This document shows, in pieces, positions 26,614 through 36,407 of a stretch of DNA of 62,746 nucleotides. Made by a program: the position numbers and the translations under genes. Source of the stretch: Candidatus Woesearchaeota archaeon (GTDB taxonomy: Archaea; Nanobdellota; Nanobdellia; Woesearchaeales; 21-14-0-10-32-9); NCBI GenBank assembly GCA_021735165.1, contig JAIPHP010000004.1, positions 1 through 62,746 on the forward strand, in the 5' to 3' direction. Position 1 is the first letter of the stretch, and each line of letters opens with the position of its first letter. Under the pieces are notes generated by a model that saw only the letters and a list, made by a program, of their open reading frames with translations, did no database searches and had not been told where the DNA came from.

Positions 26614-29562
26614 CTACTCAATTACTAATGGGTAGTATTTTGTTCTTAAGATATCTTCTGCATTCACTGTTATGAGTGCTATGTATTCTCCTGGCGGCAC
26701 CTCCTGCTCTGTAAATGGTAAATATCCCATGAAAGATATTGTTTCGTAGTCTCCGTTATCTTTTAGGTCAAACTTGTGACTTTTGATTTGAAAACCTAGT
26801 TCTGGCAAGCTAAAAGAAACTGTAGCGCCTCTTATGTCATCTTTTCTTTCATTTCTAACTCTTGCAGATATTGAAAATTCGTCTTCATAAGTTATTGTTC
26901 CGTAGTTAGTTCCATATATATCAAAGTAGTCAACCCAAATTCCGTCTTCTTCTCCCATAGGCATTATTTGTTCTGGTTGTTTGTAAATATTTTTAACATT
27001 TACAGTAAGTGCTGTATAAGCTGTGTTTCCTTGATTGTCTGTAACAAATAGTTTTACGCTGTAAGTTCCTTTTGATGGGAACACATACTCTATTTTTAGC
27101 ATATGCACTCCTTGTTCTTCGTGAAGTGTTGTTCCCTCTTTTATTATTTGCCATCTGTAGTTTACAAGTTTTCCATCAGGGTCATACGAACCAGATCCGT
27201 CATAAGTTATTGTTTTTTCTGTTCTCACGGATTTTGGACCAGTTATTATTGCTTTTGGATCAATTACTGTGTTTGGTATTTCTGGTTCAAAGACTATATT
27301 TCTTGTTACTTTTGATCCGTCTGTGTCATCTGCTGTGAATTCTACATTTGTTTTTTTATTGAAGTTTTCTGAGGATTCTATCAGGAATGTTGTATTTGAT
27401 ATTTTTGTTATAGAAAGCAAAGGGTTGATTTTGTAAGTTGTTAATATTTCATTTTTCTGCGTTTCTATATCTGATAAGTAACTTGCTAAGTTAAGAGTTG
27501 TTGTTGATCCAGGATGTATTTTGATCTTTGGTGGTTGGTTGAAGATTAATTCGTTGTTTAGTACGTTTACATCTCTTGTTTCTTGACCAGCAGTATTGTC
27601 TATGAAATTTATTGTGAAAGCAAATACTTTTCCTTGACCTAAAAAGTCGTCTGTTATTGGTATTTCATTTAAATGAAATTTGTATAACCCCGTATTTTTT
27701 ATTCCAAATGTTTTTAGTAGTTTATTTTTGAGAACTGTGAATAATCCATCTTGATTTACTTTTGATAGTTTAATAGGTGTTGTCCATTCTTCTAGTTCTG
27801 CAGAACCCGTGTTCACCTTTAGGTATGCACTATTTATTACGTCGGCATCATTAGTTCCTGGCACTAGTTGTTCGTCATTTATAGTGTCGTATATGTCAAA
27901 TGCTATAAACATTGGTTCTTTTCTAAAAAAAGAGTAACTCTCTGTGCTGAATTCATCTTCATATATTTTTAGATTTCTTATTTCATATCTTTGAGTCCAT
28001 ACTTGAACTGATATTGGTCCAATTGTTGTGCTTTCATATCCTTGTTTTGTTGCTGTTGCGTAGACTGTGTATGTTCCAGGCATATCATTCACAGTTATGT
28101 CTGAAGCGCAGTTACCTTTAAAATCTGTGTAACAAATAGGGAAATTTTCCAAACCTGAAAAATCAAATTCTATTCTTACATCTTGTATATCTCCTTTGAC
28201 GTGAACTGCACATCTTAATTCTTCTCCATATACTACGTCTGAAATGTTATCTCCATTTATGTCTGGATTGCAGTCGAAATTATCTATTTGTAGAGCGGGT
28301 ATTATATTTTCAGTTACATTTATTGTGAAAAATTGGTTTATAGCGGGGTTTATTCCATCACTAACATACAATACAACGCTAAATTCTCCCTTTGTTGTCG
28401 GTGTCCATGTTATTAATCCTGTGTCTTCATTTATTGTCATACCGTTTGGAGCTTGTGATAGACCAAATTCTAAAACATCATTTTCATCATCTATTGCATT
28501 TGCATCATAAATATATTCTTCACCTACAATTCCTTCTGTAACTGGAGAAGATGTGAAATAAGGCGCTGAATTTGCATTTATTACATTTATAGTTTTTGTT
28601 TTTGTATCTGTCAAAGCATCATCATCTGTGACTGTTAGAGATACTTGGTGTGATCCTGCTGATGCAAATGTGTGCGTCATTGTTTTTGAAGTTCCTACGA
28701 TATCGCCATCTATTTTCCAGGCATAAAAAACTATTGAGCCATCAGAATCTGTTGAGTTACTTGTAAAAGACATCACAGTACCAACTTGAGGATTGAATGG
28801 TGCATAATAGAAATCAGCAATAGGACTTGTTGCAACAGACACGACATTAACTGTTTTTGTTTTTGTATCTGTCAGACCATCATTATCTGTTACTTTAAGC
28901 TCAACATTATGTGAACCTGTATTTGTAAATGTGTAAGATAATGTATTTCCAGCGCCTACAACTGTTCCATCAACTTTCCATTCATAGTTTGTTATTGTTC
29001 CATCTGCATCTGTTGATGTGCTTGTGAATGTAACAGCTTCATTTACTTCCGGACTTGAAGGACTGTACGTAAAATCAGCTGTAGGATTTTGTAGAATTAC
29101 TGGTGAAGTTACAAGCAGATTTAATCTCATGCTTCTTGTTGTTGTTTCTGTTGTTCCGTCTATTTTTTGTGTTGCTTGAATGTGTATTCTGTAATCTCCT
29201 TCTGTTAAGTAATAATCAGGAGTTACTAATAGATTTCTTTCTGTAAATATCAGGTCAGCTAATGAACCTGTATCTGGTGTGAATCTTTTATTATATATTT
29301 CTTGTAAAAAATTTTGGTCTCCGACTTTTAGTAAAAAAACTTTTATGTCCGAGTATTCTGTTCCGTAATCGTGTACTATTTTGAATGAGTAATCTGTTGT
29401 GTCTCCAAAGTTTATTTCTTGTTCATAATCATCAACGTTTGTTATATCTCCAAATGTTGCAATTATCATTGGAGCTGCGTTTGCTAATGGTGAAGTTATA
29501 AAAAATAAAAGTAGTGCAATCATTATTGTTTTGTGTTTTTTTTGTATCATTTTTTTATGCAC
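26614..29562 (-). CDS. Secreted PKD/Ig-repeat surface protein
   Basis: Signal peptide; PKD repeats (PTADFTYSP...WKVDG...VTDNDG; FDGS-like YDGSGSYDPDG...W); Ig-like APYFTSSP...DDENDVL...GMTI. Confidence 0.85.
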   Translation of the reverse strand: MHKKMIQKKHKTIMIALLLFFITSPLANAAPMIIATFGDITNVDDYEQEINFGDTTDYSFKIVHDYGTEYSDIKVFLLKVGDQNFLQEIYNKRFTPDTGSLADLIFTERNLLVTPDYYLTEGDYRIHIQATQKIDGTTETTTRSMRLNLLVTSPVILQNPTADFTYSPSSPEVNEAVTFTSTSTDADGTITNYEWKVDGTVVGAGNTLSYTFTNTGSHNVELKVTDNDGLTDTKTKTVNVVSVATSPIADFYYAPFNPQVGTVMSFTSNSTDSDGSIVFYAWKIDGDIVGTSKTMTHTFASAGSHQVSLTVTDDDALTDTKTKTINVINANSAPYFTSSPVTEGIVGEEYIYDANAIDDENDVLEFGLSQAPNGMTINEDTGLITWTPTTKGEFSVVLYVSDGINPAINQFFTINVTENIIPALQIDNFDCNPDINGDNISDVVYGEELRCAVHVKGDIQDVRIEFDFSGLENFPICYTDFKGNCASDITVNDMPGTYTVYATATKQGYESTTIGPISVQVWTQRYEIRNLKIYEDEFSTESYSFFRKEPMFIAFDIYDTINDEQLVPGTNDADVINSAYLKVNTGSAELEEWTTPIKLSKVNQDGLFTVLKNKLLKTFGIKNTGLYKFHLNEIPITDDFLGQGKVFAFTINFIDNTAGQETRDVNVLNNELIFNQPPKIKIHPGSTTTLNLASYLSDIETQKNEILTTYKINPLLSITKISNTTFLIESSENFNKKTNVEFTADDTDGSKVTRNIVFEPEIPNTVIDPKAIITGPKSVRTEKTITYDGSGSYDPDGKLVNYRWQIIKEGTTLHEEQGVHMLKIEYVFPSKGTYSVKLFVTDNQGNTAYTALTVNVKNIYKQPEQIMPMGEEDGIWVDYFDIYGTNYGTITYEDEFSISARVRNERKDDIRGATVSFSLPELGFQIKSHKFDLKDNGDYETISFMGYLPFTEQEVPPGEYIALITVNAEDILRTKYYPLVIE

Positions 29563-29575
29563 CTTATTCCAAAAT

Positions 29576-31333
29576 TTATTTGAAAACTTTGTATGGATTT
29601 ATTCCTACGCCGATGTATGCTTTAGGGTTCTTGAATTTTGTATCTGTTTTTGCTCCTGCAAGAAGTTTGTATGCCTCTGACACTTTTGCTTGTAATTGAG
29701 CGCCTAATTCAAGTTTTTTATCTTCATTTATCAGTTTTGATTGCCCTGCTATTATTCCTGCAGACAAATTTTTGTGAACGTCATAATTAAGTCCACCTCC
29801 TAAGAAATTCTCTTCTCCTGGAACATACATCCCTGTTATTGAGAACTTATCATATCCCAGATTTATTCCTGCACCGGGTCCTTCGTTTGTATAGATCGCC
29901 ATGAGTTCTGGTTTTATTTGCTTTGCAGTGTTTAAAACAGCATCCAAAGCTTCATTGTATGGAATTTTTGGAAGTCTTTTTTCTAGATCTCCGAAATTAG
30001 CTCCAAGAGTTGCGCTGAATTCTGGGTTGTCAGATACGCTCCAGTTCGCTGCTAATTTTATTGCTAAATAATCTGTTGGATTTACTAAAACCCCGGCTCC
30101 GAATCTTAGTGCATGAAATTTATTTTCATAAATTTTCATATCTGGGTCATCTTGAGATATTGCTTCTGGTCCTCCAAAGCTAGCTGATTTTTTGGAAGAC
30201 ATATGTAGTGAAGATGTTTTTATTTTATCTCCTATTGTTAAGAAAGGAGTTAAATTATTCATTATTCTGTATCCTGCTAAGATATCCCATGCCAAATTTT
30301 CTTTTTGATTAAATTCGTATTTTGTCTCGTTATTTATTGTAAATCCATCTTCGTCTGTGTAAGGCTCTGAGAATGGTTGGGAATTTTGTGATGAAGTACC
30401 TTCTGTAACACTCAATCCTAACATGATGTTTTCTAGTTCTGCTGATAAATATCCTGTTAGGTTTCCTTTCGTAGTTAATCCTACGCCGCCTGTTGCTCTA
30501 AATATCCCTTCGTTAATTGTTTGACTTAAAGAATCATTTTTTGCTTTAAGTTTGTTATTTCTATCTCTTAGTTCTCCGTTAATTCCTTGCAGTCTTGTGT
30601 TTGATGAATAATAATCGCTTAGTTGTTTTTCTAATTCTGTTAAGTCTTTGCCATCACTATTTAGTATCATTTCAACTATAGGCTTGTAGACTGACTCGTT
30701 CAAATAAAATTTTGTTCCTGGTTCTTGAACATCAGGATTTGAAGAAACAGAATTACCTAATTTATCCTGATTTAAATAATTCAATACGAACAGTTTTGTA
30801 GGATTATTCATATTTTCTTTTTCTTCTTTAGAAATATCCTTCCAGTCAAATTCTTCAAAAGATAATTTTGAGTATTTATTTACAACATTTGGAGTTATTT
30901 CATTTTTTTGAAAGTATTCCGGTGTGAAGTCTTGATTTTGTGTGCTTTGCGCTCTTGCCGGATCCATTAAGCTTTCTAGGGTTGTTGTTATGTTATTCAC
31001 ATATTTCCATTCATTCCAGGACTTCATGAATTTATTTGCATTAACATTTGAGAAGTCTTTTTTTGTTTGTTCAACCGATTTTAGTTGAACATAAACACCT
31101 TGATCGTCTTTTCCTACATATCCTAATTCTTTTAACATTTGTATTTCGTTTTCAAATACTTTATTTTGTTGTGTCTTTGTTGTGTCTTGTATTTGTTCTA
31201 TTTGCAGTGGATTGTTTAGTTGTTCTAGTGCTTTTTGATTTATTTCCTCAGGAGTCATTGAACCATCAGATCCTAGTAATCCTGTGTATCCCCTTACAAT
31301 GTCAAACCCATTTTTTATGAAATTTAATACCAT
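29576..31333 (-). CDS. Hypothetical protein with coiled coil and amphipathic beta-strand-rich C-terminal half
   Basis: 585-aa ORF; alternating hydrophobic/Gly strands such as FGAGVLVN, GGGLNYDV, YIGVGIN. Confidence 0.75.
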   Translation of the reverse strand: MVLNFIKNGFDIVRGYTGLLGSDGSMTPEEINQKALEQLNNPLQIEQIQDTTKTQQNKVFENEIQMLKELGYVGKDDQGVYVQLKSVEQTKKDFSNVNANKFMKSWNEWKYVNNITTTLESLMDPARAQSTQNQDFTPEYFQKNEITPNVVNKYSKLSFEEFDWKDISKEEKENMNNPTKLFVLNYLNQDKLGNSVSSNPDVQEPGTKFYLNESVYKPIVEMILNSDGKDLTELEKQLSDYYSSNTRLQGINGELRDRNNKLKAKNDSLSQTINEGIFRATGGVGLTTKGNLTGYLSAELENIMLGLSVTEGTSSQNSQPFSEPYTDEDGFTINNETKYEFNQKENLAWDILAGYRIMNNLTPFLTIGDKIKTSSLHMSSKKSASFGGPEAISQDDPDMKIYENKFHALRFGAGVLVNPTDYLAIKLAANWSVSDNPEFSATLGANFGDLEKRLPKIPYNEALDAVLNTAKQIKPELMAIYTNEGPGAGINLGYDKFSITGMYVPGEENFLGGGLNYDVHKNLSAGIIAGQSKLINEDKKLELGAQLQAKVSEAYKLLAGAKTDTKFKNPKAYIGVGINPYKVFK

Positions 31334-31385
31334 TTTTTCAACCTCGCCGTTTAATAAGTACCAATCAGTAGTGCTTCTTTCCTAT

Positions 31386-31433
31386 CTGGTAGTGAAACAC
31401 TATATATAAATCTTTCGTAGTATTCACTACTAG
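31386..31433. promoter_or_regulatory. 11-bp inverted repeat flanking a TATA box between divergent genes
   Basis: CTGGTAGTGAA (31386-96) and TTCACTACTAG (31423-33) enclose TATATATAAA; nested palindromes TAGTG-AAA-CACTA and GTAGT-ATTC-ACTAC. Confidence 0.5.
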
Positions 31434-31499
31434 AAAATTGAAACAAAAACAAAGCATTAATTTAATAATCTTTAAAATAAAAACAAAAATAACAATGAA

Positions 31500-32594
31500 A
31501 TGACATTAATAATAGGTGGAGGAGGAGCAGGACTGCACTATGCTAAACTTCTAAAAGAAAAACATCCAGAAATAAACACAACAATAATAGAAGAACATAA
31601 AGACATAGGAAAACCAATTCAATGCACAGGCATATTAACAGACGAAATAACTAAAATTCTGCCAAAACAAGAAATAGAAAAATTCACGTTAAACAAAATA
31701 ACAAAAACAAGAGTCTACTCTCAAAACAACCACGTAGACATACCAATAAATACAAACTACATAATCTGCAACATTACATTCATAAAATACCTCCATGAAC
31801 AAGCAGAAAAACAAGGCGTGAATATAAAACTAGGAAAAAGATATTTAAAAAACGAAGGAAAAATAACAACATATAGAGATACAGAAACAAAAAAAATAGA
31901 AGAAATAAAATTTGAAAATTTAATTGGCGCAGATGGCCCCGCATCAGCAGTGGCAAGAAATAACAATTTAATGCAAAAAAGAAAATACTTAACAGGAGTT
32001 CAAGCAAGAATTAAATTAAAAGATTTTGACAAAGAAAAAATAGACTTTTATCCTTACATCGGAGAATATGCTTGGTTTACCCCAGAATCTGATGAAATTG
32101 CCAGAATAGGCGTTGCCGCAGAAACAAACGCAAAAAAAATATTTGATGATTTCATAAAAAAATATCCTGGACAAATAATAGAAATGCAAGGAGGACCAAT
32201 ACCAATGCACAAACCAAAAACGCCGGTGCAAAACAAAAAACAAACAATAAGCCTCCTAGGAGACGCAGCACTTCAAATAAAAAACACGACAGGAGGAGGA
32301 ATAATACCAGGACTAAAAGCAGCTGAAAAATTATCAGAATCAACAGAAAAATATCAAAAAAACCTAAAAACACTAAACCTAGAACTATATGCGCACTACA
32401 AAATAAACAAAATACTAAAACAATACAACCAAAGAGAATGGGATACACTCATAAAAAAAGTAAATACTCCAAAAATAAAAGAGATACTTCAAAAAACAAA
32501 CAGAGACAAACCAATAAAAATGCTCTTAAAATTAGCAACACAACCAAAAATAATCATGCAAGGTTTAAAAGATATGCCGAAAATACTAAAATAA
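31500..32594 (+). CDS. Geranylgeranyl reductase family FAD oxidoreductase
   Basis: IIGGGGAG dinucleotide motif, PIQCTG, IGADGPAS, YAWFTP, GDAA...TGGGI. Confidence 0.9.
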   Translation: MTLIIGGGGAGLHYAKLLKEKHPEINTTIIEEHKDIGKPIQCTGILTDEITKILPKQEIEKFTLNKITKTRVYSQNNHVDIPINTNYIICNITFIKYLHEQAEKQGVNIKLGKRYLKNEGKITTYRDTETKKIEEIKFENLIGADGPASAVARNNNLMQKRKYLTGVQARIKLKDFDKEKIDFYPYIGEYAWFTPESDEIARIGVAAETNAKKIFDDFIKKYPGQIIEMQGGPIPMHKPKTPVQNKKQTISLLGDAALQIKNTTGGGIIPGLKAAEKLSESTEKYQKNLKTLNLELYAHYKINKILKQYNQREWDTLIKKVNTPKIKEILQKTNRDKPIKMLLKLATQPKIIMQGLKDMPKILK

Positions 32595-32719
32595 GACACA
32601 ACAATACCCAGCAAAACTGAAAGAAAAATCAAAATAAAACCATAAAACAAAAACATGCTACAATACTCAAAAAAATACACAAAACAAAGATATAAAATAC
32701 AAACGTTCCACAAACAACA

Positions 32720-32851
32720 GTATTGCCTTGGAGAGCAATTGAGAGAAACACAACGCAACACGCGTTGAAATTACGTGTTTCTCGGTAAAAACTTTAGACT
32801 GCAAAGTAGCTAACAAAAATCCGCAACACGAAAAAAAAGACTTAGGACACA
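32720..32851 (+). ncRNA. Dispersed structured element, copy 1
   Basis: 86/111 ungapped identities (manual count) with 61517-61627; GAGAAACAC/GTGTTTCTC stem and TTAG-A-CTGC-AAA-GTAG-CTAA hairpin. Confidence 0.6.
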
Positions 32852-32926
32852 ACCACAAAACACAAAACATTAAAAAACAAACAACAAAACTAAAACACAA
32901 AAACACAAAAAAATAGGGGGATAAAC

Positions 32927-35719
32927 TTGGAAGACAAAGAAAATCAGGAAGAAGAGCTAAACATTGACTTTGAATCAATAAAGAAAAAAACACAAAAAAT
33001 AACTCGCAGCATCTCAAATTTATTCAAAGCAAAATACGCACAAACAGCACTCATAATAATCTTCTTAATATTAATAATAACAATATCTGCATTCTACAGA
33101 CTATACCCTGCAACTCTTCCAGTAACAGATATTTGGGCAAAAGACACTGTTGCAAACAATATAAAAAACCAAATAGCTTCCCAAATTCAACAAACTAATC
33201 CAGGAATAACACAAGACCAACTAATAGCGCAAGCAAACCAGCAATACGCTTCTTATTATACTCAAAACAAAGAATCATTAGATTCTCAAATACAAACACT
33301 ATCACAACAATATAAATCGCAACTTCAAAACGAAAACGGACAAACATACCTATTAGCAATAGACCCATACTTGTGGTATAGCTACGCAAAATGGTATGAA
33401 AAAACAGGATTCTACGGAAATGAAATAGTAGACGGAATAGAAAAATTCACACTAAGAAACGGAAGAATAGGAGAAATAGCAGGAGTAATATACCCTTCTG
33501 CAGCAATAGTATTTTTCCACAAAATAATACAAATACTTAATCCATCACAAGACATACTAGCAACGAGCTTTCTAATGCCTGTAATATTGATAGGACTAGC
33601 AATAATACCCGCATTTTTCTTAGGAAAAAAAATAGGGGGCCTGGGAGGAGGCATCTTTGCAGCAACACTATTTGCATTATCATCTCCAATACTTGGAAGA
33701 ACCGCAGCAGGATTCTCAGACACAGACGCATACACATTCATATTTCCATTCCTAATACTTTGGGTATTAATAGAAGCAATAGATGCAAAAACACAAAGAA
33801 ACAAAATAATACTCTCCGCGCTAACAGGACTTCTAATAGCACTATTCATGTTTTTCTGGTCAGGATGGTGGTTTACCTTTGACTTCATGATAGGCGTAAC
33901 AATAATATACATTGCTTTCCAAATAATAAAACATCTAATAAAACACAAGAAAAAACCAAGTTTAAAAGAAACATACAAAATAACTAAACCAGGCCTAACA
34001 ATACTTGCAATTCTTATAATTTCAACAATAGTTTTTTCATTTATGTTTGCAACAATAAGCGGACGAACTGGAACAAAATCAGTCATGACCGTTTTAAACG
34101 CACCAATAGAACCTCTAAACTTCATACTAGGATTCAAAGGAGCAGCAGAAGGCGTAAGTGTTGGTTCAGGACTAAACTATCCCTTATGGCCAAATGTGTT
34201 CACAACAGTAGCAGAACTAAACCCTGGAAGCCCGCAGCAAATAATAAACGGGGGAGGAGGAAAAACACTAGTCTACGCTGCAATTTTAGGAATAATCCTT
34301 TTATTATTTAGAAAAAAAGATGGACACTACGAACCATTACTTGGAATAATACTAATAGCTTGGTTTGCAAGCACATACTACGCAGGACTAATAGGAATAA
34401 GATTCATAGCACTGTTTGCACCAGTAGTAGCATTTGGAATCGCAGGACTAATAGGCTCATTAACAGGAGAAAGAATGAAAAACATAGCTAAAAAAACAAA
34501 TATTCCTCTAAATCTGACAAGAGCAATAATACTAATAGCTGCATTCTTTATAATAGTATACCCGCAATTCGCGATAGCACACCAAACATCAATAAATGAA
34601 ATACCAAGCTATGACGACGTATGGGATTCTGCTATGAAAACCATTCAAAATACATCAGAAAAAGCAATAATAAGCAGTTGGTGGGACTTTGGACACTGGT
34701 TTGAAGCAATGAGCGAACGATCAGTAACATTTGACGGAGGAGACCAAGGAAAAAGAATACACTGGATAGGAAATACCCTGCTAAACCCAAACGAAAAAGA
34801 AGCAATAGAAACACTAAAAATGCTAAACTGCGGACAAGAAGAAAGCTATAATCTACTAGAAATTGCATTAAAAGACAAATACCAAGCAACAAAAACGCTC
34901 AAAAAAATAATATTGCAAAACAAAGAGGAAGCAAGAAAAACCTTGATAGCACTAAACATCAACGAAGAAAACATAAGCCAAATACTAGAATACACACACT
35001 GCTCAGATCTCTATGACATGTACTACATAACAAGCGGAGACATGGTAGGAAAAGCAGGAGTTTGGGGACACTTTGGATCATGGGACTTTGACAAAGCATA
35101 CATGTACTACAAACTAAAAAACATGCCAATAGATAAAGCAATACAAGAAGCCCAAGACACGCTAGGACTAACACAAGAAGAAGCGAAAAGTACATACATA
35201 GAAATGCAATCTATAACAAACGAAAACCAAGCAGCAGCATGGATAAGCCCTTGGCCAAACTACGTAACAACAAACCCAATAACTTGCCAAGAACAAAACA
35301 ATTCGATAGTATGCGACTACAACCTAAACATAGGGAATCAAAACGGAGCAATAATAAGCCTATACAGAGGAGTCTACTATGAAGACAAACCAGAAGAATC
35401 ATTCATAATATTAAGAGCAATAAACCCGAATACTGGAACAACACTATCACAAAACATGATAAAACCACAAGGACTAGCATTCTCAACAAAAGACGAAATA
35501 AAAAAAACAGAGTTTGAAACACCAGGAATAGGATACGACGTGCTAATATATGAAGAAAACAGTATAAAGAAAAGCCTGATAATGCACCCACTACTAACAG
35601 AATCATTATTCACAAAACTGTTCTACCTAGACGGAAAACACACAGAACACTTCGAAAAAATATTCGACCAACAAGCAATGGGAGAAGGCAGAGTAATTGT
35701 TTGGAAGGTAAATCCTTAA
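32927..35719 (+). CDS. aglB: Oligosaccharyltransferase AglB (STT3)
   Basis: AIDPYLWY, GFSDTD, TVAEL, WWDFG, DMVGK (DK motif); multi-TM N-terminal half; GGGGG RBS before the TTG start. Confidence 0.95.
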   Translation: MEDKENQEEELNIDFESIKKKTQKITRSISNLFKAKYAQTALIIIFLILIITISAFYRLYPATLPVTDIWAKDTVANNIKNQIASQIQQTNPGITQDQLIAQANQQYASYYTQNKESLDSQIQTLSQQYKSQLQNENGQTYLLAIDPYLWYSYAKWYEKTGFYGNEIVDGIEKFTLRNGRIGEIAGVIYPSAAIVFFHKIIQILNPSQDILATSFLMPVILIGLAIIPAFFLGKKIGGLGGGIFAATLFALSSPILGRTAAGFSDTDAYTFIFPFLILWVLIEAIDAKTQRNKIILSALTGLLIALFMFFWSGWWFTFDFMIGVTIIYIAFQIIKHLIKHKKKPSLKETYKITKPGLTILAILIISTIVFSFMFATISGRTGTKSVMTVLNAPIEPLNFILGFKGAAEGVSVGSGLNYPLWPNVFTTVAELNPGSPQQIINGGGGKTLVYAAILGIILLLFRKKDGHYEPLLGIILIAWFASTYYAGLIGIRFIALFAPVVAFGIAGLIGSLTGERMKNIAKKTNIPLNLTRAIILIAAFFIIVYPQFAIAHQTSINEIPSYDDVWDSAMKTIQNTSEKAIISSWWDFGHWFEAMSERSVTFDGGDQGKRIHWIGNTLLNPNEKEAIETLKMLNCGQEESYNLLEIALKDKYQATKTLKKIILQNKEEARKTLIALNINEENISQILEYTHCSDLYDMYYITSGDMVGKAGVWGHFGSWDFDKAYMYYKLKNMPIDKAIQEAQDTLGLTQEEAKSTYIEMQSITNENQAAAWISPWPNYVTTNPITCQEQNNSIVCDYNLNIGNQNGAIISLYRGVYYEDKPEESFIILRAINPNTGTTLSQNMIKPQGLAFSTKDEIKKTEFETPGIGYDVLIYEENSIKKSLIMHPLLTESLFTKLFYLDGKHTEHFEKIFDQQAMGEGRVIVWKVNP

Positions 35720-35720
35720 A

Positions 35721-36071
35721 ATGAAAAATAACTTAAAACCTATTTTTCTTGTAATTGTGGTTACACTCATGATCGCAATTGGACAATACTTTCTAAAACT
35801 ATCTACCAATGAAAGTGGAGAACTTACAATTTTGATAACTAACTGGCACTTATGGCTCGGCCTCATATTGTATGGTGTTGGAGCCATATTTCTTGTGCTC
35901 GCGCTAAGAAAACTTAATGTCAGCACAGCATATCCTATGATGTCTCTAAGTTATATCTGGGTCCTTATAATTGCTGTAATATACTTTGAAGAAATAGTTT
36001 CATTTTGGAACATATTAGGAATGCTTTTTATAATTTCAGGAATTATTGTGCTGGGAGGAAAGAATGAATAA
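35721..36071 (+). CDS. EamA/SMR-like small transporter (ArnE/ArnF-like)
   Basis: Four TMs; AIGQYFLK, STAYPMMSLSYIWV. Confidence 0.8.
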   Translation: MKNNLKPIFLVIVVTLMIAIGQYFLKLSTNESGELTILITNWHLWLGLILYGVGAIFLVLALRKLNVSTAYPMMSLSYIWVLIIAVIYFEEIVSFWNILGMLFIISGIIVLGGKNE

Positions 36072-36405
36072 TTTGTTTATTGTGATAATTGGAATGATAA
36101 TAGTTTCTTTTCTTGGAGCTTCAGGAATAACACTTATAAAGAAAGGAATACCTAGCAAGTTTAGTCTTAAAGGATTTATTAATGAATGGATAATTTATGG
36201 AGTTGCTTGTTATGGTATTTCAACAATAATATTCATACTAATAATAAAAATGGCTGACCTTTCAGTTGTTTATCCTTTAACATCATTAAGTTACATTTTT
36301 GTCATATTACTAGCAGCCAAATTCCTTGGAGAAAAAATAAATAAACATAAGTGGATAGCAATAATGCTGATAATTATAGGTAATGCCTTAATAAGTTTCG
36401 GATAA
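36064..36405 (+). CDS. EamA/SMR-like small transporter, partner subunit
   Basis: LSVVYPLTSLSYIFV...FLGEKI; tandem paralog of the preceding gene. Confidence 0.8.
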   Translation: MNNLFIVIIGMIIVSFLGASGITLIKKGIPSKFSLKGFINEWIIYGVACYGISTIIFILIIKMADLSVVYPLTSLSYIFVILLAAKFLGEKINKHKWIAIMLIIIGNALISFG

Positions 36406-36407
36406 AA

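Noticed and set aside
22945-28510. Many Leu/Phe/Val/Cys-rich ORFs antisense to real genes (also across 33-35 kb and elsewhere)
   Set aside because: Shadow ORFs produced by the strongly skewed T/G-rich strand; they overlap well-supported genes and have no family motifs.
31386-31433. Canonical dif site or ORB origin box
   Set aside because: The arms are separated by 26 bp rather than 6 bp, there is no G-string ORB motif, and no cdc6 or xerA gene is adjacent.
32720-32851. c-di-GMP-I riboswitch or HDV-like ribozyme
   Set aside because: Only isolated words match (GCAAAG, CUAAG); the required P1/GNRA-receptor arrangement and the HDV P1.1/P3 topology are absent.
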